64,000 nucleotides of DNA from Thermoplasmata archaeon (lineage in GTDB: Archaea > Thermoplasmatota > Thermoplasmata > Sysuiplasmatales > Sysuiplasmataceae): assembly GCA_021817225.1 (NCBI GenBank), contig JAKAVR010000001.1, forward strand, positions 8,002 to 72,001. Direction: 5' to 3'. Made by a program: the position numbers and the translations under genes. Shown piece after piece: positions 1 to 8,892 of the stretch (position 1 is its first letter; every line of letters begins with the position of its first letter). The notes beneath the pieces are model-generated. The model was not told where the DNA came from, did no database searches, and worked only from the letters and a program-made list of their open reading frames with translations.

Positions 1-399
1 AACCAGGCTATTGCAGGTGCGATGGATGACATATGCCGGGTAGTCTCACGATACAGGGTGGAGTACAGAGGCATTGGCGCATTTCCTTCCCGGAACAGGC
101 CGTCAGTCATCTGGGTGGGGGTAACTGACAGCGGCGAGACATCGAAAATCAACGCACTTCTTTCAGAAAGACTTTCAATTCTCGGTTTCCCGGCTGAAGC
201 CAGACCCTTTCATGCGCATATAACGCTTGCAAGAGTGAAGTGCAGGGTGGGGGAGGGAAAGCTGGAAAGGCTTTTCAGGGACTGGGAAGAAAAAAGCTTC
301 GGGTTTCAGGAAATCCGCAAGGTCTTCCTGATGAAGAGCGAACTCACTCCCCAGGGAACCATTCATACCTCTCTTCACGTCTCAAGGCTCAGAACCTAG
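1..399 (+). CDS. thpR: RNA 2',3'-cyclic phosphodiesterase / 2'-5' RNA ligase (2H family), 5'-truncated by the window edge
   Basis: Frame open from base 1; GAFP..RPSVIWVG and the second HxT motif (FHAHITLAR); C-terminal KSELTPQG. Confidence 0.85.
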   Translation, partial: NQAIAGAMDDICRVVSRYRVEYRGIGAFPSRNRPSVIWVGVTDSGETSKINALLSERLSILGFPAEARPFHAHITLARVKCRVGEGKLERLFRDWEEKSFGFQEIRKVFLMKSELTPQGTIHTSLHVSRLRT

Positions 400-764
400 A
401 CCTTCTGCGAATTCCCCTCGTCCCACTCCAAGTTGTTCTTGATCCCTTTCTTCTGAAGCATTTTGCTGATTTTCTCAGTTATCCTGACGACTTCCGTGCT
501 GGAAGAGTTGCCCGCCAGGAACATCTCCTTCCGGCCAATGGGGAATATCAGTCTCATCCTTCCCCTTCTGTTGTACCCCTCAGGCTTCCTGTTCGACCTG
601 ATGTCCCTCATGTTCAGTTCTATGAACATGTCCAGTATCTCCTTCTCCTCCGGCATCTGGTCTGTCTCCTGGAGAAATGAGGTTATAAGTTCCGGGAAGA
701 CATCCTTCAATGCCCGGTACCTGAAGCCAGTCGTAAATACAATGTGGCCTACTTCAGCCTTCAC
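396..764 (-). CDS. hypothetical protein (122 aa)
   Basis: Protein-like ORF convergent with thpR; TATA-like element upstream; no motif recognised. Confidence 0.6.
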   Translation of the reverse strand: MKAEVGHIVFTTGFRYRALKDVFPELITSFLQETDQMPEEKEILDMFIELNMRDIRSNRKPEGYNRRGRMRLIFPIGRKEMFLAGNSSSTEVVRITEKISKMLQKKGIKNNLEWDEGNSQKV

Positions 765-1294
765 GATTTGAGTTATTCATCCTTTCGATTTAATATCTTC
801 GTTCCCTGATTCGCACTACTGGCCCCATTCTCGAGACCAATCCATTTCATCTGACACCCCCTCGGTTTTCACGTGACCGGGCGCCGGCGGGCAGGTTCGA
901 CCCTCTGGGTGCTGATGCGGCGATGATCGCGGTTGTTGCAACGTGATAGAATTTCACACGCAGTTCGTCCTCTCTTTATTATTGCTACAACGACAGGTTA
1001 AAATACGCCTGCCCAAATCTTCTCGCCTGCGGGTTGCTCTATGAGTGGCAACATGCCCATATTGTGTGTGGTACCGGCGGAAAACCGTTATCCTGATGGG
1101 AGATTTCGGCCTCTGTCGAATTGGTCGGAGGAGTACAGGAATGTAGCTTGGGCACGAGTAGACGTTGCACCGTCCCATGGGCATTCTCCTGGGCCTGTCA
1201 TCGGATACTGTGCCCCCGCTGTGCGTGGCAACGGCAGAAAGGCAGTTTCACAAATACACGACGATACCTGACACAACCACAATGATGTGATGAA

Positions 1295-2455
1295 ATGAAG
1301 ATCGCAATGTTCACTGACTCATACTATCCCGCCGTGGATGGTGTTGTCACTTCACTCTCAACAGTTTCGAAGGAGCTGGAGCGTATTGGTCATGAAGTCT
1401 TCATATTCGCCCCCGAGCCTCCGAACGGTGAGAAGGTCCAGGACATCACGAAGGGCGGAACATTCTATTTCAGGTCATTCAGGTTCAAGCATTACCCGCA
1501 GTACAGGAGCGCATTTCTTCCGTCAAACAAGAACAGGATCCTCAGAAAACTCGGCGTGGACCTGATTCACACCCACGGCATGACTTTCATGGGCGTGAAG
1601 GGGCTTTCGGCAGGAAGGCACTTCGGCGTGCCCGTCGCCACAACCTATCACACGATGATGCACGAGGCTGCCGATTTCTACAATCCGCTTCCCCTGCCGC
1701 GGAGCACAATGGTAAGTCTCACCGTACGGTACGTGCGCCTTTTCCTCAACAGGCTGGACGCAGTCGTCGTCCCTACCAGGCCTATACTTGAGGAGCTTGT
1801 CAGGATGGCACCAAGGATGCCATACACTGCTGTCATACCCACCGGCGTGGACACTAACCGGTTCAGGCCAGGCAATGTCAACAACCCCATCAGGGAGAAG
1901 TATGGAATTGAAGATTCTCCGCTCATCCTGTATGTTGGCAGGGTCGCATTCGAGAAGAACATCGATTCGATACTGAGGAATCTGCACAGGGTATCAGACA
2001 GTTCCGCGAAATTGATGATTGTTGGGGACGGTCCTGCAAGGAAGCACGTCGAGCAGCTCGTCCGCTCTCTCGGGCTCCGGGACAGGGTAATCTTCACCGG
2101 ATTTATTCCCGACAGCCAGCTTGTGGACTACTACTCTGCCTCCGATGTCTTCATCAGCGCCTCGAAATTCGAGACACAGGGACTTTCCATGCTTGAGGCG
2201 ATGTCCTGCGGAAAGCCTGTGGTGAGCATTAACTACAGGGCTGTCACCGATTACATTGTCGACGGTGAGAACGGCTTCCTCTACAACGAGTTTTCCGACA
2301 ACATGGCGGAGACAATCGACAGGGCTCTCTCTTCGGACGCAAGCATAATGAAGAATGCGCGCAGGACCGCCGAGCGCTACTCGAAGGAGCGGACCTCTCG
2401 CTCCCTGAGCGAGCTTTATTCGAAGATACTTGACATGTACATCAACGGGCAATGA
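1295..2455 (+). CDS. GT4 family glycosyltransferase (diacylglycerol glucosyltransferase-like)
   Basis: MKIAMFTDSYYPAVDGV start, YVGRVAFEKN, ETQGLSMLEAM (ExxxxxxxE) motif. Confidence 0.9.
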   Translation: MKIAMFTDSYYPAVDGVVTSLSTVSKELERIGHEVFIFAPEPPNGEKVQDITKGGTFYFRSFRFKHYPQYRSAFLPSNKNRILRKLGVDLIHTHGMTFMGVKGLSAGRHFGVPVATTYHTMMHEAADFYNPLPLPRSTMVSLTVRYVRLFLNRLDAVVVPTRPILEELVRMAPRMPYTAVIPTGVDTNRFRPGNVNNPIREKYGIEDSPLILYVGRVAFEKNIDSILRNLHRVSDSSAKLMIVGDGPARKHVEQLVRSLGLRDRVIFTGFIPDSQLVDYYSASDVFISASKFETQGLSMLEAMSCGKPVVSINYRAVTDYIVDGENGFLYNEFSDNMAETIDRALSSDASIMKNARRTAERYSKERTSRSLSELYSKILDMYINGQ

Positions 2456-2456
2456 T

Positions 2457-3056
2457 ATGCTTTCGATAGGCCAGTTTGTGTACGACCTTTTCCAGCCGCT
2501 TGGTGTCTACGGCCTACTTGCCGCCCTCTTCTTGATCTTCTACTTCGACTCGACGCTGATCCCCACTCTCCCCGAACTCTTCACGGTCATTATCTTCCTG
2601 GCCCATCCGGTCCCCATTTTCGGGGTTATGATGATTGCAACACTGTGCGCAGCAGAGTTCTGCGGCGTGACCACCCTATACCTTGTCGTCAGGAAATACA
2701 CCCTGCCTCAGTGGATGCGGAGGAGGATTGTAGAATATTCCCGATTCCTTGTTGTAAGGGATGAGAAAATGATACTGCTCAACAGGATAGCACCAGTCAT
2801 CCCCTTCCTGGGGGCATTCATTGCCACATGTGAATGGCCGTACGGCAGGAGCATCCTCTACAACTTCGTTGGAGGGGTTGCCAAATACAGCCTGATTGTG
2901 GTAATGGCGTCCTACTTCCTGTTACTCTTCTCCGATCAGACGCTTGCCGAAGTGATAACAGTGGTCGCTGTACTTGCACTCGTTGGCTTCAGCTATCTGC
3001 TCTCGGTTCGAAGGAAAAAGAAGCTGGAACAAAGCTCTGCGGGTGGTAGCCAGTGA
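2457..3056 (+). CDS. DedA/VTT-like membrane protein
   Basis: Multiple TM segments, LNRIAPVIP motif; ATG at 2457 directly after the upstream stop. Confidence 0.6.
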   Translation: MLSIGQFVYDLFQPLGVYGLLAALFLIFYFDSTLIPTLPELFTVIIFLAHPVPIFGVMMIATLCAAEFCGVTTLYLVVRKYTLPQWMRRRIVEYSRFLVVRDEKMILLNRIAPVIPFLGAFIATCEWPYGRSILYNFVGGVAKYSLIVVMASYFLLLFSDQTLAEVITVVAVLALVGFSYLLSVRRKKKLEQSSAGGSQ

Positions 3057-4114
3057 ACATACTGGAGCTCAATCCCTTCTACCTTCCCTATAACGGCGGG
3101 ATTGAAAAGCGAATCGCAGCCCTGTCCTCAAGACTTTCGGGGAGGCACAGGATCACTGTCGTAACTTCAAGACTCCCGGGGACGGAGGAGGAGGAGACTG
3201 TCAACGGGGCGAAGGTCATAAGGCTTCCAAGCAGGTTCTTTTCAAACTACAATCCTCCCTTTGTCACGAGCAGCGGAATAGAGGAGACAATAGAAACTAT
3301 AGGTCCCGATGTTGTGGATTATCACTACCGGTGGTCGGGAAGCTACAACCGGGCATTCTTCCGCTCGAAGGGAAGGAAGGTGATGACCTTCCACAACCTC
3401 TACGGTGAAGGGACGGGTGCCCTCAGGCTGCTCAGTATACTCAACGACGCATCCTACGTGAGGAAACTGAAGCAAGTGGATCATGTTCTGGCGGTTTCGG
3501 ACTTCGTGAAAAAAGAGCTCGAGGAAAAAGGCCTGGCGCCGTCCATGCTCACCACCTGCTACAACGGAATTGATATGCACAACTGCAGGACGTCGGATGA
3601 GCGGTTTGCGCTTTTTATCGGCAGGCTGGTCCCGACAAAAGGGGTGGCTCAGCTTGCCCGCGCCGCTCTGAAGTCGGGAGTGCCTTTGAAGGTGGCCGGC
3701 AGCGGACCGATGTTCGACTGGCTCAAGAAGCAGGAGCGAAACGGGCCGATTGAGGTGCTCGGCCCTGTCAACGAGGAGGAAAAAGAGAAGCTTCTGTCCA
3801 CATGCACGTTCATGGTCGTACCGTCTCTTCACGAGGCATTTGGCCTTGTGGCGCTTGAAGCTATGGTCCATGGCAAACCAGTCATATCCTCAGATACAGG
3901 CGGGCTGCCGGAGGTTGTCGGAAAAGGGGGGACCATTGTCCCTGCACGGGACGTGGATGCTTTCGCCTCCGCGATGAAAACTTACTGGAATGACGAAAGC
4001 CTTGTTTCAGCCACGGGTGCCGTTGCAAGAAGTCAATCCGAGAAATTCTCATGGGACAGTTCTGTGAGAACAATCGAGTCGGTCTACAGCTCGGTCCTCG
4101 AATCGGACAGGTAG
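3053..4114 (+). CDS. GT4 family glycosyltransferase
   Basis: GGIE, IGRLVPTKG, EAFGLVALEAM motifs; GTGA overlap with the upstream gene. Confidence 0.9.
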   Translation: MNILELNPFYLPYNGGIEKRIAALSSRLSGRHRITVVTSRLPGTEEEETVNGAKVIRLPSRFFSNYNPPFVTSSGIEETIETIGPDVVDYHYRWSGSYNRAFFRSKGRKVMTFHNLYGEGTGALRLLSILNDASYVRKLKQVDHVLAVSDFVKKELEEKGLAPSMLTTCYNGIDMHNCRTSDERFALFIGRLVPTKGVAQLARAALKSGVPLKVAGSGPMFDWLKKQERNGPIEVLGPVNEEEKEKLLSTCTFMVVPSLHEAFGLVALEAMVHGKPVISSDTGGLPEVVGKGGTIVPARDVDAFASAMKTYWNDESLVSATGAVARSQSEKFSWDSSVRTIESVYSSVLESDR

Positions 4115-5061
4115 AGGGAATAGCCGGGTATCCCCGTCTTTGTCCCCGTTGAAGGGTTGCTGATGTATGTCACTTTAATTGTAAATATAAGAGTCCTGCC
4201 GGCAACCGGCTGATTGAAATTGAGCGTCGCAGTTCCGTTGGAGTTCAGGGCCCATATGACGAAGTGCGAACCAGACGGGGCTCTTCCACCCACTGCCTTG
4301 ACCATCGACGCTGCAATTTCGTTGTGGAGCTCAATGAAACCGGTCCCATTGTCAGCGGCGCTATTGAATGCAATGACTTTCACAGGGAATCCGGTCATGC
4401 CCGCAACCGTTGCCGAATTGAGCGTGTAAGGGTCTAATGTCATTCCTGCATTCGGCTGGTACTGGTATGTCGCGGTTCCATTCCCTGTGCTGAGCACCTG
4501 CACATTCCATCCCCAGAAGGGATCCTTCACCACAAGCCCCATCTGCGGAGCCTCGCCAAAATCAGACTGGAACGTTGCAGACAGAACAGTGTGAAGCATG
4601 CTCACATTCTGGTAGAGCGGAATGTAACTCAGCAATGATGTGTTGAGAGGTCCGTAGCCGTCTGCGGGTGCTATTACAACGGTCTTGGACTGGTTCACCG
4701 TCATGCCTATGATCCCCTGGTCAAACCCCCGCACCACCTGGCCGCTTCCGACGTTTGATATCTGCAGCGGCTTGTAGCCAGCGGCACCCCTCCATGTGAA
4801 ACCCGGAGCCTTTGGATAACTTGCATTATTCTGGGCTATAGACAGCACGGATGTGTCGAAAATGAGATTATTGGTGTACTGGCCTGTATAGTTGACATAC
4901 ACCGAATCCCCCGGCTGGACAGAAAGGGGCGGGGTCGCCCTTGATGCAGTGGAGTACCCGTAGGCCGAGTAGCTCACGAGGCCCGCTCCTACAAGAAGAA
5001 GCACCACTATGACCGCTGTGGACATCGTGATTCTTGTCCTCTTCGCACCTGCTTCCTGCAT
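4084..5061 (-). CDS. membrane-anchored FKBP-type peptidyl-prolyl isomerase with a large insert
   Basis: N-terminal TM helix; GDSVYVNYTG, FDTS, GQVVRGFDQGIIGM, DGYG, NQPVAGRTLIF. Confidence 0.8.
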   Translation of the reverse strand: MQEAGAKRTRITMSTAVIVVLLLVGAGLVSYSAYGYSTASRATPPLSVQPGDSVYVNYTGQYTNNLIFDTSVLSIAQNNASYPKAPGFTWRGAAGYKPLQISNVGSGQVVRGFDQGIIGMTVNQSKTVVIAPADGYGPLNTSLLSYIPLYQNVSMLHTVLSATFQSDFGEAPQMGLVVKDPFWGWNVQVLSTGNGTATYQYQPNAGMTLDPYTLNSATVAGMTGFPVKVIAFNSAADNGTGFIELHNEIAASMVKAVGGRAPSGSHFVIWALNSNGTATLNFNQPVAGRTLIFTIKVTYISNPSTGTKTGIPGYSLYLSDSRTEL

Positions 5062-5205
5062 TGCAACCGACTAAAATCATCCTGCTAATAAAGCTTCTTG
5101 ACAGTGCCTGCTTGTGAATCGCATCGAATGGCAGGCAGAACTTGCGCTTTTCAGGGCCCGTGCCCCATCTTTTATTATATGGACTGCATCTAAACAGCGA
5201 AGTGA

Positions 5206-6513
5206 GTGTCCTTGACAAACGGTCACATGCACATTTCCGATGTCATCAGGTCGGGAAAGGAAGGTTCAGAATATTCCATCAGGGGATGGATTTACAGGAC
5301 AAGGAGCAGCGGCTCCATCGTCTTCTCAGTTATCAGGGATCAGTCAGGCATAATGCAGTGTACCGTCAAGAAATCCGATGTTCCTGCGGCTGAGTTCGAT
5401 GCGGCGGGAAAGGCGCTGATTGAGTCCTCGGTCGAATGCACTGGGATTCTCAAGAAGGATGAAAGGGCCCCGGGGGGATTTGAACTCAGGGCGACGGGGT
5501 TCAGGGTCGTTGCATTTGCTGACCCGTTTCCAATAACGGCAAACCAGAGCGAGGCGTTCCTCCTGGATAACAGGCATCTCTGGATCAGGTCAAGGGAGCA
5601 GACTGCAGTAATGAAGATCAAGGAGACCCTGCTCCAGGGTGCAAGGGAATGGTTCAGTAAAAACGGATTCTTCGAGGTAACTCCTCCCATACTCACTACG
5701 AATGCATGCGAGGGCGGAACGACCCTCTTTTCACTGAAGTACTTCGGCGAGGATGCATATCTCAGCCAGAGCGCACAGATGTACCTTGAGGCCACAGCCT
5801 TCAGCCTGGAGAAGGTGTTCGCTGTAACGCCCTCCTTCAGGGCGGAAAAGTCAAGGACGCCCCGCCACCTTACAGAATACTGGCACATGGAGGCGGAGGA
5901 GGCATGGGTCGACAATGAGGGGAACATGAAGATACAGGAGGATCTGATTAGCGCAATTGCGTCCGCCATAGCTGAAAGAAGAAAGGACGAACTGGAACTC
6001 CTCGGCAGGAAGGCGGAGGAGCTGAAGGTGATAGAGCCGCCATTCGAGCGGCTGACATACTCCAAGGCGATAGAGATCCTGAACGGCAGGGGGAAAGAGC
6101 TGGCGTGGGGTGATGACCTGGGCACCGATGAGGAGCGCTTGCTTACCGAAGACTACCGGAAGCCTGTCTTCGTGACAAGCTACCCGAAGACGTTGAAGGC
6201 ATTCTACATGAAGGACAATGAGGAGGATCCGAAGACCTACAAGTGCGCAGATATGCTCGCCCCCGAGGGCTTCGGTGAGATAATAGGCGGAAGCGAGAGG
6301 GAGACAGACTACTCCAAGCTTGTCCGCAGGCTCGAGGAACAGAAAATACCCATGGAGCCATACAGATGGTATCTCGACCTCAGGAAATTCGGTTCCGTGC
6401 CGCACTCCGGTTTTGGCATGGGTGTAGAAAGGGTGCTGCGCTGGATCTGCAGGCTTGAGCACATACGCGATGCAACGCCTTTTCCGAGGACACCCTCGAG
6501 GATATACCCGTAG
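5206..6513 (+). CDS. asnS: asparaginyl-tRNA synthetase
   Basis: OB fold; SQSAQMYLE, FRAEKSRTPRHLTEYWHMEAE, EIIGGSERE, PHSGFGMGVER. Confidence 0.9.
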   Translation: MSLTNGHMHISDVIRSGKEGSEYSIRGWIYRTRSSGSIVFSVIRDQSGIMQCTVKKSDVPAAEFDAAGKALIESSVECTGILKKDERAPGGFELRATGFRVVAFADPFPITANQSEAFLLDNRHLWIRSREQTAVMKIKETLLQGAREWFSKNGFFEVTPPILTTNACEGGTTLFSLKYFGEDAYLSQSAQMYLEATAFSLEKVFAVTPSFRAEKSRTPRHLTEYWHMEAEEAWVDNEGNMKIQEDLISAIASAIAERRKDELELLGRKAEELKVIEPPFERLTYSKAIEILNGRGKELAWGDDLGTDEERLLTEDYRKPVFVTSYPKTLKAFYMKDNEEDPKTYKCADMLAPEGFGEIIGGSERETDYSKLVRRLEEQKIPMEPYRWYLDLRKFGSVPHSGFGMGVERVLRWICRLEHIRDATPFPRTPSRIYP

Positions 6514-6516
6514 TGT

Positions 6517-7626
6517 CTATTTCCCTGGCCTGACAAACGGCGGCTTTACCGTCCTGCCCTCTATCTCCCTTCCCCTCACTGCGATGGTCACCCTGTCATC
6601 CGCTTTGGGCCAGGGGTTCATGTAACCCATCGCTACCGCTCTTCCGAGCACCGGTGAGTAGCCTCCGCTCGTGACGTGTCCCTGCCCGTTTTCGCTCCGG
6701 ACAAGATCCCCATGCCGGGGTATAATCTTCCCTTCGGTCAGGAAACTGAAAAGCCTGGAATAACCGCCCCCGCTCTTCTGCCTCGAAAGCGCCTCCCTGC
6801 CTATGAAGTCGTGGTTCCAGTTAATTATCCAGTTATACCCCGTTTCAAGCGTCGACTGTTTCCCGTCGAAGTCTGTTCCCGACAGCAGATAGCATTTCTC
6901 AAGCCTGAGTGAGTCCCTGGCACCGAGTCCCACAGGATGGATTCCGAACTCCCTTCCCTTCTCCATTATCCTCCTCCATGTCTCCGCTCCCCTTTTCCTG
7001 TGCACGAAAAGCTCGAAACCGTCCTCCCCTGTATATCCTGTTCTGGAAATGTAGTTTGAACCACCTTCCAGCCTCTGAATGAAACTGCCTTTGCCGCTTC
7101 CAGTGAACATCCCCCTGAAGCTCCCGAGCGAGGTGGCTTCGGGCGATATTTTCTCCATGACTCCTACGGCGGCTGGTCCCTGGAGCGCGAAGCAGCAGAC
7201 TTCATCGCTATGGTCACTTATGCCGCAGTGCGCATTCTCAGCTACCCATGCAAGAACCTCGGATATCTTCGACGCATTCGGGACAGTAAGGAACTCATCT
7301 CCTGATATGCGCGTGGCGATTGTGTCGTCGATTATCCTTCCGTCCTCGTTCAGGTGGTGTGTATATGTGCAGACCCCCGGCTCAGTATCCTGCAGTGCGT
7401 TTGTCGAAAGCCTGTCAAGCTCCCTCGCTGCATTCTCGCCGGAAAAAATCAGCTCACCCATATGCGACACGTCGAAAAGCCCAACCTTTTCCCTGACGGC
7501 CATATGCTCCTCGATTATGGAACCGTAGTGGAGCGGCATTTCCCAGCCAGCGAACTCCACCATGTGTCCGCCGAGTCGTATGTGTTCTTCGTAAACAGGC
7601 GTCCTTTTCAGTGCGATATTCTGCAT
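6517..7626 (-). CDS. gcvT: glycine cleavage system aminomethyltransferase T
   Basis: FAGWEMP, LFDVSHMG, SRTGYTGEDGFE, GLGARDSLRLE; start placed at MQNIALKRT. Confidence 0.95.
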   Translation of the reverse strand: MQNIALKRTPVYEEHIRLGGHMVEFAGWEMPLHYGSIIEEHMAVREKVGLFDVSHMGELIFSGENAARELDRLSTNALQDTEPGVCTYTHHLNEDGRIIDDTIATRISGDEFLTVPNASKISEVLAWVAENAHCGISDHSDEVCCFALQGPAAVGVMEKISPEATSLGSFRGMFTGSGKGSFIQRLEGGSNYISRTGYTGEDGFELFVHRKRGAETWRRIMEKGREFGIHPVGLGARDSLRLEKCYLLSGTDFDGKQSTLETGYNWIINWNHDFIGREALSRQKSGGGYSRLFSFLTEGKIIPRHGDLVRSENGQGHVTSGGYSPVLGRAVAMGYMNPWPKADDRVTIAVRGREIEGRTVKPPFVRPGK

Positions 7627-7636
7627 CTCCCGACCT

Positions 7637-8809
7637 TCACCTTGCTTTCTGCTTCTTGCTGCTGCTGAGCATGCGCTCAATCTGCTGCACCATTATGTCG
7701 GCTGGTACATCCAGCATTGTGATCATGTTCGTCATTCCCGCCACGCTACCCTTCTTGGACCTTATGTCAACCAGGCCAAGGCCCGCCAGCTCCTTCACGT
7801 GTGAATAGAACTGCGTATGTGCCCTGGGCTTTGTGTCATGCTCCTCACACGCTATCCTGTAACTTTTTTCGACTTCTGATGTTTCAGTGTAGGCCTTGTT
7901 CCTAAGCATCCTCGCGGTCGCCAGGAGGATGAGCATCTGATCCCTGTTCAGACCGGCCACCCTTTCCTCCGTCACGAAGGCGTAGGTTGCCGCTTTTGCC
8001 GCTCTCACGTCCTCGGTGTATATCTTCTCCCCGGACCGCTCGTTTGCTATCATGCCTGACTTTTCAAGCATCTCTATGGCGAATCTCGCATCGCCCCACT
8101 CGCTTGCAATGTCGGCGATCATGTCAAGGACCTCATCATCGTAGCTGCCGCTGACGAGCGCAAGGTCCGCCCTTGCCGAGATTATGTCAAAAAGCTGTTC
8201 CTTGGTGTACTTTCCGAATTCTATTATGTTTGTCCGCTTGAAGGTTGAAAGGGCCGACTTGTCAAGCAGGTCGAAAACATGTCTCTGTGAAATAAGTATG
8301 AGGGACACCCTGTTCTTCAGTGTGTCAGACTCTTCGGGGAGCCTGCTCAGGAAGTATACGAGGTCGCTCGCACCGCTTCTGAAAAGCGCATCCACCTCGT
8401 CAAGAACGAATATGCAGTGCCCTCCCCTTTTCTCAATATGCTTCCTGAGCACTTTCCTGAGCTCCTGCGCCGAGAACCCCCTGTCAGGGAAATTCGGATC
8501 GAAGTAGTTTATCATCTTTAGCAGCGTGGACGCCTCGCTGTTCCTCTGCCTGCAGTTGACAATGGTCCATTCGATGCTCTTCCCTGCCTTCCTTGCCCTC
8601 ATGGAAAGCTCAGTGCAGAAGCGCTTTGATGTGACCGTCTTACCCGTTCCGATGCTTCCGACAATGAGTGCGTTCTGGCTGTAACCGCCCTGTGTGACAG
8701 GCTCGAACATTACCTCAAGCTTCCTCCACTGTTCCTCCCTGTGAAGAAGCTTCTCAGGAACGTAATCGAATGAAAGCTTTGCTATATCTCTGAATACGCC
8801 GCTCGACAT
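7637..8809 (-). CDS. cdc6: ORC1/Cdc6 replication initiator
   Basis: LSFDYVPEKLLHRE, Walker A GSIGTGKT, VNC, Walker B VLDEVD, GDARFAIEML, C-terminal winged helix. Confidence 0.92.
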   Translation of the reverse strand: MSSGVFRDIAKLSFDYVPEKLLHREEQWRKLEVMFEPVTQGGYSQNALIVGSIGTGKTVTSKRFCTELSMRARKAGKSIEWTIVNCRQRNSEASTLLKMINYFDPNFPDRGFSAQELRKVLRKHIEKRGGHCIFVLDEVDALFRSGASDLVYFLSRLPEESDTLKNRVSLILISQRHVFDLLDKSALSTFKRTNIIEFGKYTKEQLFDIISARADLALVSGSYDDEVLDMIADIASEWGDARFAIEMLEKSGMIANERSGEKIYTEDVRAAKAATYAFVTEERVAGLNRDQMLILLATARMLRNKAYTETSEVEKSYRIACEEHDTKPRAHTQFYSHVKELAGLGLVDIRSKKGSVAGMTNMITMLDVPADIMVQQIERMLSSSKKQKAR

Positions 8810-8892
8810 GTGGGGTTCAGCCTAGGTTATCCGCGGCATCTTTTATTATCTTTGCAATGGAACTGTCCCTGTACCGGGGTTTCCCTGTTGTT

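Noticed and set aside
870-915. tRNA suggested by ggttcgacc
   Set aside because: No acceptor, D or anticodon arms could be built.
1268-1317. C/D box sRNA (ctga, gtgatga, atgaaga..ctga)
   Set aside because: Boxes are not in a consistent C-D'-C'-D order and spacing, and they overlap the CDS start.
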